Numbered from the stretch's first letter, positions 10,791 through 20,314 are shown. The stretch: 64,000 bases of DNA from Patescibacteria group bacterium (GCA_018818885.1 JAHIRB010000018.1:5041-69040); one strand, 5' to 3'. Program-made: numbers and translations. Notes: generated by a model not told the origin, from the letters alone.

Positions 10791-10877
10791 AGTCTTTCTA
10801 AGATATTCTCTTGTCAATATTCCCAAAGTATACTACAATGATAACGTAAAAAATAAAACAGTTGAGGGTATTTTTTT

Positions 10878-11798
10878 ATGATTAAAATTTATAAGAAGAC
10901 AGTTAAAGAAGCAGAACTAACCGAAGTAAATGATTTTATTTTGGGTTCTTGGGTTAGAGTTGTGGATCCAACCCAAGAAGAAGTTCAATTGTTGGCAGAT
11001 AAAACTGGCATTGCTTTAGATATTTTGGAAGACGCGGTTGATGAAGCAGAGCTACCTCGTATTGAATACGACCAAGGTAACCTCGTAGCTATTATTCGTG
11101 TCCCTGTGTCTAATGGTGATGGTGTTACGTCGATTCCTTTAACAATTATTATCACCAATAGATACATCGTTACGATTAGTATCAAATCTAATGAAATTAT
11201 TAAATTGTTTTTAGAAAATAAAATTGAATGCTTTACAACACAGAAGTCCAAATTTTTATTAAAGATTTTAGATCAAACTAATCGTTCATACGACAAATTG
11301 ATCAAAGGGATTTCAAAAAATATTAGTAGACAAAAATACAAGCTTGATAGTTTAAAAAATAAAGATATTTTTAATTTAGTACAACAAGAAGAAGTTTTGA
11401 ATAATTTTATTTCTTCCTTGGTTCCCAATTCCAATGTTTTTGATAGAATTTTAAAGGGAAAATATTTAAAATTATACGAACAAGACGAAGAATTAGTAGA
11501 AGATTTACTTATTGATGTACGACAGGTTATTGATCTATGTAACACCAACATCAAAACTATTAAAAACGTTCGTGAAGCATACCAAACTATACTTTCGAAC
11601 AACTTAAATAAGTTATTGAAGTTTTTGACATCAATTACCATAATCTTGACTTTGCCGACAATAATTGCTAGTATCTACGGAATGAATGTTGAGCTGCCAG
11701 GCGGCGGATCTCATTTTGCATTTTATTATATAGCGGGATTTACTATTATTGTTATGGCAGCAGCCTACGCAATATTTAATTGGAAAAAGTGGTTGTAA
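10878..11798 (+). CDS. corA: CorA-family magnesium transporter (second paralogue)
   Basis: PRIE motif, IYGMNV signature, two C-terminal TMs. Confidence 0.9.
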   Translation: MIKIYKKTVKEAELTEVNDFILGSWVRVVDPTQEEVQLLADKTGIALDILEDAVDEAELPRIEYDQGNLVAIIRVPVSNGDGVTSIPLTIIITNRYIVTISIKSNEIIKLFLENKIECFTTQKSKFLLKILDQTNRSYDKLIKGISKNISRQKYKLDSLKNKDIFNLVQQEEVLNNFISSLVPNSNVFDRILKGKYLKLYEQDEELVEDLLIDVRQVIDLCNTNIKTIKNVREAYQTILSNNLNKLLKFLTSITIILTLPTIIASIYGMNVELPGGGSHFAFYYIAGFTIIVMAAAYAIFNWKKWL

Positions 11799-11804
11799 TT
11801 TAAA

Positions 11805-12251
11805 ATGATAAATATGAAGAAATTTTTTGTCCTATCAGGATTAGTTTTAATTTTAATCACCGGGTGTAAACAAAACACGTCAATAAATATTATTGAGCAG
11901 GTTTGTTTAAAAAATTATTGTTTTTATGTAGAGCTGGCTCAGACTTCAGAAGAAAGATCGCAAGGGTTGATGTATAGAACAGAGTTAGGTCAAAACAAAG
12001 GAATGTTGTTTGTTTATCCAGACGAGGCAATAAGAAGTTTTTGGATGAAAAATACAAAGATCCCATTGGATATAATTTTTATCGATAATAATAAGCGAGT
12101 AGTTAGCATAAGTAAGGATACGCAGCCATGTATAGAGGATCCATGCCCCAGTTATAAGTCTGCCGATAAGGCACAATACGTTTTGGAAATAAATGGTGGA
12201 ATGTCAGACCAGATAGGATTGAAAGTTGGATCAATATTACAATTTAGATAA
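11805..12251 (+). CDS. DUF192 family lipoprotein
   Basis: GLMYR, GMLFVY, FWMKNTKIPLDIIF, YVLEINGG; lipobox LITGC. Confidence 0.9.
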   Translation: MINMKKFFVLSGLVLILITGCKQNTSINIIEQVCLKNYCFYVELAQTSEERSQGLMYRTELGQNKGMLFVYPDEAIRSFWMKNTKIPLDIIFIDNNKRVVSISKDTQPCIEDPCPSYKSADKAQYVLEINGGMSDQIGLKVGSILQFR

Positions 12252-12293
12252 TTTGCGGGTATAGTGGTTTATTGTCACTCTCAGCCGCAGAGA

Positions 12294-12537
12294 GCGGGTA
12301 TAGTATAATGGCTTATTATGTCAGCCTTCCAAGCTGAAGATTAAACAATTAAAAAATAATATTTTCATCGTGTATTAAGAGCGGGTGTCGTATAGTGGTT
12401 TATTATGTCAGCCTTCCAAGCTGAAGAGGGCGGTTCGATTCCGCTCACCCGCTCTTAATACGGGATTTTGGATTCCCGCCTGCCCCGTAAACGACTCTGA
12501 GTTTATCGAATAGAGTTTTACGGGGTTACCCGCTCCA
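12294..12537 (+). pseudogene. disrupted outer tRNA-Gly(TCC) enclosing the intact tRNA-Gly
   Basis: 5' part 12294-12340 (GCGGGTA...CCTTCCAAGCTGAAGA); 3' part ...GATTCCCG and TTACCCGCTCCA ending 12537; acceptor arms complement each other. Confidence 0.8.
12381..12453 (+). tRNA. tRNA-Gly(TCC)
   Basis: cloverleaf: GCGGGTG/CACCCGC acceptor, TCAGC-CTTCCAA-GCTGA anticodon arm, GGTTCGATTCC T-loop. Confidence 0.95.
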
Positions 12538-12541
12538 TGAT

Positions 12542-12566
12542 AAAAGCCCCTTAAAACGGGGCTTTT
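12542..12566. terminator. bidirectional intrinsic terminator
   Basis: AAAAGCCCC-ttaaaac-GGGGCTTTT between converging tRNA and regulator. Confidence 0.75.
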
Positions 12567-12595
12567 GTGATAGACTGGTAAAGCAAGTTAGAATT

Positions 12596-13321
12596 TTATT
12601 TAATATTATTCCAAAGATGCTGAATCATTGTTTTGTGCGTATCAGCAATATCTTTATCTTCAATAATCACACCCATTAGGTTATTTAAAGAAACCATAGT
12701 TGTTTTGTTATCAAATACTAAGATATCTGTAGCTATCTTAAAACTACGAGGTAAAAACTTAGTTTCACTTAGTCCCGTTCTGTATTTTTTTTGTGCATAT
12801 TCTCTGGCTTTTTTACTTTCCTGCATTAAATCATAAATAATACCTCCCTGACGATTCAAGATATTAAATAGATGTCTGTTTTCTTTCTCTGTAAAAACAT
12901 CAGAATAATTATCAAATGAAAACATAGACCAAATTTCTTTTGATCTAAAGACTTCCTCATACATTTTAGTAAGTCTATCTTTGCCTTCATAAAATCTTAC
13001 TTTAGGTTGTTTTGAGCTTTTTTGGTATATAGATTCTAAGTCTGGCAGAATATCCTTAATTTTTTCCTTTTTTTCTTCTAAATACTCAATTAGCTTACTG
13101 GGCTTTTCAGCTTTATAGTGTGTAATAGTCCCAGAGGGAATAGATATTAAAAGATTCTTTTTTAATAATTCTTCAATAATAAGATAAGTGGTGGGTCTTT
13201 TTAGACCCGCCCTTTTTGATAATTGGGTGATAGAGCATGTGCCTAAGGTTAAAGCAGCCAAATAAACGTTGGTTTCCTTATCGTTTAAGCCAAATTGTTG
13301 AAGGATAGTTTCTTTTTCCAT
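12596..13321 (-). CDS. TrmB-family transcriptional regulator
   Basis: FGLNDKETNVYLA..LKRPTTY HTH, PKVRFYEG linker, C-terminal PLD-like effector domain. Confidence 0.88.
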   Translation of the reverse strand: MEKETILQQFGLNDKETNVYLAALTLGTCSITQLSKRAGLKRPTTYLIIEELLKKNLLISIPSGTITHYKAEKPSKLIEYLEEKKEKIKDILPDLESIYQKSSKQPKVRFYEGKDRLTKMYEEVFRSKEIWSMFSFDNYSDVFTEKENRHLFNILNRQGGIIYDLMQESKKAREYAQKKYRTGLSETKFLPRSFKIATDILVFDNKTTMVSLNNLMGVIIEDKDIADTHKTMIQHLWNNIK

Positions 13322-13472
13322 ATATTTAATCTTTATATCAGTTTAGCATAATTTTACTAAAATGTCAAGATTTCTGACGAATTTATAAAAAAAAATAGCA
13401 GGTTTTATAAATCTATTGTATGATGCAAAGTTAAAATTAACAGTACATTGAAAACTAAAAATGAGGTAGAAA

Positions 13473-13880
13473 ATGGGTGAGATAATTTTAACAGAAGGCG
13501 AAGAAAACTGTGTAAACAATATAGTTGGCGAGCTATTCTTTCATGTCCGAAAGGGTACGCTCACACACGGTATGGGAAAGGGGGTATTTCAGAGAAACTG
13601 TATTCATGAGATAGACTGCCACTGGTCAGATCGGGGGTGTATCGACATCAGTATGAGCGAATACGTCAGCGAGATTAACACCAACATGCTTTTAATCTTG
13701 TTTGCAGTTGTAAACAAGATTACTGCAAAACACTCAGTGCATGTTAGCCTTAGTTTTCCTTCTTGGGAAGAACTAAATGCTAACAGGTCACAACCTCCAC
13801 CACCAGATACTTTCTGGATGGAAGCGCTTGCCAGTCAGGGAGAGCCTGAACAGGTAACGGAGGAAGATTGGAAGGAATAA
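13473..13880 (+). CDS. orphan hypothetical protein
   Basis: 135 aa ORF, GAGG SD, divergent from TrmB gene. Confidence 0.6.
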   Translation: MGEIILTEGEENCVNNIVGELFFHVRKGTLTHGMGKGVFQRNCIHEIDCHWSDRGCIDISMSEYVSEINTNMLLILFAVVNKITAKHSVHVSLSFPSWEELNANRSQPPPPDTFWMEALASQGEPEQVTEEDWKE

Positions 13881-13989
13881 AAAGAATATGTTTCTTTAAG
13901 GGAGGTGATATAGAGACTCATTAAGTATTATAATGGGTCTCTTTTTTATTTTAGAATTTATGCACAAACTTAATCTTAATTCATCACCA

Positions 13990-14017
13990 CAGTTCTAATA
14001 TCATTGACTAACCCGCT
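13990..14017 (+). repeat. 28-bp cassette-boundary direct repeat, copy 1
   Basis: CAGTTCTAATATCATTGACTAACCCGCT. Confidence 0.9.
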
Positions 14018-14089
14018 TGGCGAAAAGCTGTCCCTACAGGACGGTTTTTTGCTTACACTGAGTTTGCCGAAGTGGTATACTGAAAGTGT

Positions 14090-14485
14090 ATGAAAAAAAT
14101 TTATTTCTTAATATTAATTTTCTTTTTCTTTAACATTATCAATAATGTAGAAGCACTTTTTGTAGATTTTATTGATATGCCGTACAGTCCCGAATATGAG
14201 CATTGTTTTAATAAAGAAGGATACCAGTGTATAGGGATTTATTATGCCAACGGACCTTGCAAAGGCACTGAAGATGTAGATAAGTATTGTATTAAAAAAT
14301 CTGATTCGAAAATTGTGAAATTGTATAAAGAAAAAAAGTTTATGCTAATAAAATTCAAAAATAGGGTTTTTAGTGATATAAAACGCAATCCCGCATCTTC
14401 AGCAGGAATAGCTATTACTATACTATTAGTTATATATTTAATTTTTAGTATCATAAAAAAAAAGTTAAATAAGATAAAAAAATAA
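14090..14485 (+). CDS. hypothetical exported/membrane protein (cassette 1)
   Basis: signal peptide, four Cys, C-terminal TM. Confidence 0.65.
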   Translation: MKKIYFLILIFFFFNIINNVEALFVDFIDMPYSPEYEHCFNKEGYQCIGIYYANGPCKGTEDVDKYCIKKSDSKIVKLYKEKKFMLIKFKNRVFSDIKRNPASSAGIAITILLVIYLIFSIIKKKLNKIKK

Positions 14486-14516
14486 TCCTTCAAAATTTAT
14501 ATAGTATTTGATATGA

Positions 14517-14544
14517 CAGTTCTAACATCATTGACTAACCCGCT
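14517..14544 (+). repeat. 28-bp cassette-boundary direct repeat, copy 2
   Basis: CAGTTCTAACATCATTGACTAACCCGCT (1 mismatch to copy 1). Confidence 0.9.
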
Positions 14545-14592
14545 CCAGCATTAGCACTCCCCTAAAGGGAGTGTTTTTGATATAATTTTAAT

Positions 14593-15978
14593 ATGAATTT
14601 AATATTACTAAGTTTGGCTGTAATCGTCATTCTTTATTTCACAATTAACCCTTCAAAGAAATGGAAAGTGGCTTTTAATATGGCCACTGTTTCCATTGCA
14701 GCTTTAATTGTTTTATTATTGTTGAAAGTTATTGATATCGAAACAATCATTTCTGGCATCATCGGCACTAATGGAATTGAGCCTTGGAAGGTTTTAGTTA
14801 TATTTTTTAGCGTTGCTTACGTAAGCGTGAGTACAGATGTAACTGGTATTTTTGATTATATAGCATATAGGTTAGTAAGATTAGCAAACGGTGACGGTAT
14901 TAAGCTTTTTTTGTTTTTTTATTGCTTTGCAGGATTCTTAAGTATATTTACTTCTAATGATATTGTTATTTTAACTTTGACTCCGATCATTTTTTATTTA
15001 GGCAAACATGCAAAGATAAATATTATTCCATTATTGTTTGCGGAGTTTTTTGCTGCCAACACCCTTAGTATGCTGTTGTATATTGATAATCCTACAAACA
15101 TTATAATGGTTAATGCGCTAGGGATCGGGTTTGTAGAATATTTGTCAGTCATGTGGCTTCCAACCTTGGTTGCAGCAATTGTTAACTATATATTGTTATA
15201 TTTAATATTTAGAAAACAAATAACTAAAAAATATAATTTAAATGAGAATTCTGAGTTTACAGTAAGAAATAAATTAGACGCCACAATAAGCAGTACATTG
15301 ATGATCGCAATGTTTATTTTTTTAGTATTATCAGACAGTATGGAATTTTCTATTTGGAAAATAACATCTATTTTTGCTATGTTGTTTATAATAGAAGATA
15401 TTTTATTTAGTTTATATTATCAAAGAAAATCACGACAATTATCAGCACCACAACTTGATAAACGAGAAGTCGTGTTAGGTATACCGAAAGAAAAAAATGA
15501 ATTTTGGTTAGCAATAAAGCGTGTACCTTGGAAAATATTACCATTTGTAACAGTTTTTTTTATTTTGGTTTATCATTTAAGTCACATAGGTGTTATTGAA
15601 AGTATAAGTGAGTGGTTATCTGCTGGATCAAATTCTCTTCTGTCGAGTATTGGCTTAAATGGTGTGGTAGCTTTCATCAGTGCGAACATAATTAACAATC
15701 AGCCAATGGCAATTTTGTATTCTTATGTATTTACAAATGCAAAATTAACATTACAAGGGATTGAATTGCGGGGGGCAGTTTATGCAGTTATAATTGCTAG
15801 TAATTTAGCTGCAAATTTTACAATAATAGGTGCTTTGGCAGGCCTAATGTGGAAGAAAATATTAAAAGACAAAGGAGTTCAAATATCATATTTTGATTTT
15901 ATAAAAAAAGGTATTGTAATAACGCCGTTGGTTTTTGTAGCAACATTGGCTACACTCTATGTAATACTTCAGTTCTAA
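14593..15978 (+). CDS. ArsB/NhaD-family (IT superfamily) transporter (cassette 2)
   Basis: SNDIVILTLTPI, DNPTNI, INNQPM, NLAANFTIIGALAGLMW motifs. Confidence 0.85.
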   Translation: MNLILLSLAVIVILYFTINPSKKWKVAFNMATVSIAALIVLLLLKVIDIETIISGIIGTNGIEPWKVLVIFFSVAYVSVSTDVTGIFDYIAYRLVRLANGDGIKLFLFFYCFAGFLSIFTSNDIVILTLTPIIFYLGKHAKINIIPLLFAEFFAANTLSMLLYIDNPTNIIMVNALGIGFVEYLSVMWLPTLVAAIVNYILLYLIFRKQITKKYNLNENSEFTVRNKLDATISSTLMIAMFIFLVLSDSMEFSIWKITSIFAMLFIIEDILFSLYYQRKSRQLSAPQLDKREVVLGIPKEKNEFWLAIKRVPWKILPFVTVFFILVYHLSHIGVIESISEWLSAGSNSLLSSIGLNGVVAFISANIINNQPMAILYSYVFTNAKLTLQGIELRGAVYAVIIASNLAANFTIIGALAGLMWKKILKDKGVQISYFDFIKKGIVITPLVFVATLATLYVILQF

Positions 15979-15997
15979 TATCATTGACTAACTCGCT
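15970..15997 (+). repeat. 28-bp cassette-boundary direct repeat, copy 3 (supplies the transporter stop codon)
   Basis: CAGTTCTAATATCATTGACTAACTCGCT (1 mismatch). Confidence 0.9.
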
Positions 15998-16240
15998 GTT
16001 TGTATTTATTTTCACCTTCCCCTCCTACACTTCTCGTTTCACTCGAAGTTTTGGAGGGCAGGCAAGTTTACCTGCCGAATCCGCCAGAGGCGGAGAAGGC
16101 AGGCTGAAAATATGGGTTCTGCGCCAGGGGCGCACCAGCCTGGCTGGAATTCCTCTTCACACGCTTTTGACTAGATCATCGCCGAAAGGGTGGTTTTTTA
16201 TTACTTAATAATGAAAAGTTGGAACTATTATAATAATCTA

Positions 16241-16269
16241 TTGACAAACTATTAACCGTTGTATATACT
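16241..16269 (+). promoter_or_regulatory. sigma70 promoter of TA operon
   Basis: TTGACA-17bp-TATACT. Confidence 0.75.
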
Positions 16270-16295
16270 TTAGTTATATAATTAATACAAAGAAT

Positions 16296-16571
16296 ATGAA
16301 AACAATTATCAACATTAAATCCGACAGAGATATAAAAGAGAAAGCTCAAAAAATTGCTAAAAATTTAGGGTTGCCCCTAAGTACTTTGATCAATGCTTAT
16401 TTACGCCAGCTTATTAGAAATGAAGAGATTCATTTCTCTACTGCCCCTATGATGACGAAAGAACTTGAAGAAACAATAACAATTGCCATGCAAGACTTAA
16501 AGGCCAAGAAAAATGTTTCTCCCACTTTTTCTAGCAAAAAAGTCATGAATGATTATCTTGATTCTTTATGA
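16296..16571 (+). CDS. RelB/DinJ-family antitoxin (cassette 3)
   Basis: N-terminal RHH pattern INIKSD..KEKAQKIAKNLGLPLS. Confidence 0.85.
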   Translation: MKTIINIKSDRDIKEKAQKIAKNLGLPLSTLINAYLRQLIRNEEIHFSTAPMMTKELEETITIAMQDLKAKKNVSPTFSSKKVMNDYLDSL

Positions 16572-16828
16572 AAATAAAGTATCATAAGATATTCACTAAT
16601 AAATTTGGCAAGCTTAAGATAAAAGTACGAGAGAAAGCAAAAGAAAGATTAATAATTTTTTTTGACGATCCATTTAATGAAAGGTTAAATAATCATGCTC
16701 TGCAAGGTAAGTATATAGGATTTCGTAGTATAAATATTAGTGGCGATCTTAGGGCAATATATAAAATGATTAATAATGACACAGTTTTTTTTATTGACTT
16801 GGATACACATAGCAACCTTTATTCTTGA
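16568..16828 (+). CDS. RelE/YafQ-family mRNA interferase toxin (cassette 3)
   Basis: NHALQGKY.GFRSINISGDLRAIY...DTHSNLY; ATGA overlap with antitoxin. Confidence 0.88.
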   Translation: MKIKYHKIFTNKFGKLKIKVREKAKERLIIFFDDPFNERLNNHALQGKYIGFRSINISGDLRAIYKMINNDTVFFIDLDTHSNLYS

Positions 16829-16831
16829 TTT

Positions 16832-16859
16832 CAGTTTTAATATCATTGTCTAATTTGCT
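16832..16859 (+). repeat. 28-bp cassette-boundary direct repeat, copy 4 (degenerate)
   Basis: CAGTTTTAATATCATTGTCTAATTTGCT (5 mismatches), 3 bp after toxin stop. Confidence 0.8.
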
Positions 16860-16995
16860 TTCTGCGCCTGCATCAAAGATTAGATATTTGACTATTAACA
16901 AACGAATCGCCTACTTAGGTGTTTTTTTGTTTAGTCTGGTATATGCAAACTTTTAAAAACTGCTATAATTATATTGTTTTTACTTATCAACACTT

Positions 16996-18321
16996 ATGAA
17001 CAATCATAATAATACTACACAACCATTTACAAAAAGAAAATTTTTGTTTGTTTCCTATGATGCCTTAATTTCTGACGTCGCTTGGCAGGTAATTAAAGAA
17101 GGGCACGAAGCCAAATATTATATCAAACACGAAGAAGATAAAGACATCGCTGACGGTTTTGTACCCAAAGTAGATAATTGGGAGGCAGAAGTTGATTGGG
17201 CAGACATTGTTGTGTTTGATGATGTTTTAGGGATGGGTAGATGGGCAGAAAAATTGAGAAAACAAGGAAAGCTTGTAGTTGGCGGGTCAACCTATACGGA
17301 TAAGCTCGAAGATGACCGTTCTTTTGGCCAAGAAGAACTAAAGAAATTTGGTATCCCAATTATTGCTTATCGAAATTTTACTTCTTTTGACGATGGTATT
17401 GATTTTGTTAGAGAAAATCCAGGAAGGTACGTAGTTAAGCCAAGTGGCGAATCACAAAACGTTAAACTTTATCTTTTTGTCGGACAAGATGAAGATGGCA
17501 AGGATATCATCCAAGTTCTAGAAGCCTACAAAAGGATTGTTGGTAAAAAAATTAGAGAATTTCAATTACAAAAATATGTAACTGGGGTAGAAGTTGGCGT
17601 AGGTGGTTTTTTTAATGGCAATGAATTTGTTTATCCAATAAATATTAATTTTGAACATAAAAAGCTTTTTCCAGGAAATATCGGGCCTTCCACAGGCGAA
17701 ATGGGAACTAGCATGTTTTGGAGTAATGCTAACCGTCTTTATAATGCAACTTTGAAAAAAATGGAAGCTAAATTAGCAGAAGAAAAATATGTTGGCTATT
17801 TTGATTTAAATTGCATTGTCAACAGCCATGGAATATACCCATTAGAATTTACTTCTCGTTTTGGTTATCCAACAATTCATATCCAGCAAGAAGGCATATT
17901 AATGACAATTGCTGATTTTTTATACGGCTTAGCAGATGGTAGCTTAAAAAAGTTTAAAGCAAGAAATGGTTTTCAAGTAGGAATTAGGCTGGTTGTACCA
18001 CCTTTTCCTTATGGAGGGGGAGAAGTAAGCCAAGAAGCTAGTTCCAAAGACACAGTTATACTTTTTAAAAAACCAAATTTAGAAGGAATCCGAATTGAAG
18101 AAACAAAATTAATCAATGGTGAATGGGTAGTGGCCGGAACTTATGGTGTGGTGTTGGTTGTAGTTGGTTGTGGACCAACCATGAAGCAAGCACAACGCCA
18201 AGCATATACTAGAATGAAAAATATTGCCATACCTAATATGTATTATAGAACAGATATTGGCGACCGTTGGTTCGAAGACAGTGATAAGCTACATAACTGG
18301 GGATATTTGAGAGAATTATGA
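16996..18321 (+). CDS. PurD-like ATP-grasp ligase (phosphoribosylamine--glycine ligase family, divergent)
   Basis: EHKKLFPGNIGPSTGEMG, LEFTSRFGYP, YYRTDIG motifs. Confidence 0.8.
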   Translation: MNNHNNTTQPFTKRKFLFVSYDALISDVAWQVIKEGHEAKYYIKHEEDKDIADGFVPKVDNWEAEVDWADIVVFDDVLGMGRWAEKLRKQGKLVVGGSTYTDKLEDDRSFGQEELKKFGIPIIAYRNFTSFDDGIDFVRENPGRYVVKPSGESQNVKLYLFVGQDEDGKDIIQVLEAYKRIVGKKIREFQLQKYVTGVEVGVGGFFNGNEFVYPININFEHKKLFPGNIGPSTGEMGTSMFWSNANRLYNATLKKMEAKLAEEKYVGYFDLNCIVNSHGIYPLEFTSRFGYPTIHIQQEGILMTIADFLYGLADGSLKKFKARNGFQVGIRLVVPPFPYGGGEVSQEASSKDTVILFKKPNLEGIRIEETKLINGEWVVAGTYGVVLVVVGCGPTMKQAQRQAYTRMKNIAIPNMYYRTDIGDRWFEDSDKLHNWGYLREL

Positions 18322-19226
18322 TAATAAAAAAAATAACTGACATTAAAGATTGCCAGCGTATCTGGCAACTTTTTTCACCCAAAGATACCCTTTGGGATTT
18401 ATGGGAATTAGTTGAATCAATATATAATCCAAAGATTCATTCTCCCTTATTTTTAGTTGGTGTAAGAGGTGGTAAAGAAACTGGACTTTTACCTTTGTGG
18501 TTTGATAAATCTCAAAAAGTTTATTATTCTTTTGGCGGATCAATTTGTGAATTCAGGGATTTTTGGTTTGGGCCACAAGATTTTCCATTTTATTTTGAAA
18601 AAATCCCAACTCCAATATTGATAAATGATATTGATGCAGTTTCGGTTGAACAAATCTTAAAAGTGAATCCAGATTATCGTAAATATTTTTTTGAAATTGA
18701 TAATAAATACATTCTTAATTTTAAAGAAATAAATTACAGTTTAGAAGGATTTTATAAACGCTTTACACCAAAACATAGAAAAAATTTAAAGTATGATATA
18801 AAGAAACTTGACAGTTTAAAATATGTTATAAAATGGGAAAAATTTAACCACTTTGATTTAATGATACAATTTAATAAAAACCGTTTTGGTGTGGAATCAA
18901 ATTTTGAAGATATCAATAATATAGATGAACTCAAAAAATTACTTCAGTTTTTTTCAGATAAAAAATGGCTACATACTTTATCCGTTAACATAGATAATAA
19001 AGTACAGGCTATTGAATATGCTGCTTTTTATAATCATACCTATTATGTCATTAATGGTGGTTTTAATCATAAGTATAAAAATTTTGGTAAATTAGTGTTG
19101 ATTGAGCATATTAAAAATGCAATGGAGTTAAAAGCTGATATAGTTGATTTTATGGTTGGAGATAGTGGCTGGAAAGAATTATGGAATTTAGATAAATTAC
19201 CGTGTTATTCCCTGAATAAAGACTAA
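18318..19226 (+). CDS. GNAT-family acyltransferase (CelD/BcsL-like)
   Basis: GLLPL, KHRKNL, C-terminal VDFMVGDSGWKELW; ATGA-coupled to ATP-grasp gene. Confidence 0.7.
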   Translation: MIIKKITDIKDCQRIWQLFSPKDTLWDLWELVESIYNPKIHSPLFLVGVRGGKETGLLPLWFDKSQKVYYSFGGSICEFRDFWFGPQDFPFYFEKIPTPILINDIDAVSVEQILKVNPDYRKYFFEIDNKYILNFKEINYSLEGFYKRFTPKHRKNLKYDIKKLDSLKYVIKWEKFNHFDLMIQFNKNRFGVESNFEDINNIDELKKLLQFFSDKKWLHTLSVNIDNKVQAIEYAAFYNHTYYVINGGFNHKYKNFGKLVLIEHIKNAMELKADIVDFMVGDSGWKELWNLDKLPCYSLNKD

Positions 19227-19297
19227 TTATTACTTAAAATAAAATTGCTGTTTAGACGATTTTTGTATTTTAATTTTTGATAATGTATAATCAATTT

Positions 19298-20314
19298 ATG
19301 ATTTTTGTGCGGAAAACATGTTTATTATTAATAATAAGCGCGACATTATCCATGCCGTTTTTTGTTGAAGCAGCGGAAATTCGTCAAATTACTTTTCCGG
19401 TAGCTGGCGAATATAGTTTTACAGATAGTTTTGGCGACCCCCGCTCTGATGGTAGAACACATTTAGGTACTGATATTATGGCAGAAAAAATGACGCCTGT
19501 TGTTTCGGCAGTGGATGGTTATGTCAGCTATTTGACTGTTACAGAACCTTATTGGGGTTATGCTATTTATATTAAAGATAGTGATAATTATGAGTACCGT
19601 TATCTTCATATAAACGACGATACACCTGGCACGGACGATGGCAATGGCGGAATTCAGTATGCTTTTGCACCAACAATAAAAAGAGGCGTAAATGTTTCTG
19701 CTGGACAGCTTATCGGTTGGGTTGGAGATAGTGGTAATGCAGAAAATGCTGGGTCGCATCTACATTTTGAAATCTGGACACCAAGCAGATCAGTAATAAA
19801 TTCATACCCTAGCTTAATGGCAGCGACACATACTCCAATAATAAATATTAGTTTTGTATTCAGTAAGGATTTGTCATTAGGATCTAAAGGACAAGAAGTT
19901 TATGAGTTGCAAAAATATCTTAATCACAATGGTTTTATTGTTGCAACGACTGGAGCAGGATCAATGGGTAATGAAACAACTTATTTTGGACCAGCAACTC
20001 AGGCAGCTTTAATAAAATTTCAAAAAGCAAAAAATATCAGTCCAGCCGTCGGTTATTTCGGGCCTATCACCAGATCGTTTATAAATAGCAGTTACGTAGT
20101 ACCAAGTGAAACAATAACAACACTCCAGCCTGGTTTGTTAGTCAAAAATAAAAAAACAGTAGAGGTTTTCTATGTTGATGAAAATATGGAACTAAGATGG
20201 ATTATCAACGAGCAGGTTGCAGAAAAACATTTTGGTCCAACCTGGAATCAAATTATTAAAGAAGTAGATGATATCAATGAATTTGGGTTAGCCTATGGTC
20301 CGAATTTACAATAG
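19298..20314 (+). CDS. M23 peptidase with peptidoglycan-binding domain
   Basis: HLGTD and HLHFE zinc motifs; LSLGSKG..V..LQKYL...YFGPATQAALIKFQ PG-binding repeat. Confidence 0.9.
   Translation: MIFVRKTCLLLIISATLSMPFFVEAAEIRQITFPVAGEYSFTDSFGDPRSDGRTHLGTDIMAEKMTPVVSAVDGYVSYLTVTEPYWGYAIYIKDSDNYEYRYLHINDDTPGTDDGNGGIQYAFAPTIKRGVNVSAGQLIGWVGDSGNAENAGSHLHFEIWTPSRSVINSYPSLMAATHTPIINISFVFSKDLSLGSKGQEVYELQKYLNHNGFIVATTGAGSMGNETTYFGPATQAALIKFQKAKNISPAVGYFGPITRSFINSSYVVPSETITTLQPGLLVKNKKTVEVFYVDENMELRWIINEQVAEKHFGPTWNQIIKEVDDINEFGLAYGPNLQ

Noticed and set aside
15984-16208. 74-aa ORF in the track
   Set aside because: Translation of stacked palindromic repeats (PAESARGGEGR); not a credible gene.
13990-16859. 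CRISPR array interpretation of the 28-bp repeats
   Set aside because: Spacers are 0.5-1.4 kb and contain whole genes; no cas genes in the window.
13990-16859. Classical integron (attC) call
   Set aside because: No intI and no R''-L''-L'-R' long hairpin ending in GTTRRRY; repeats are near-identical 28-mers.
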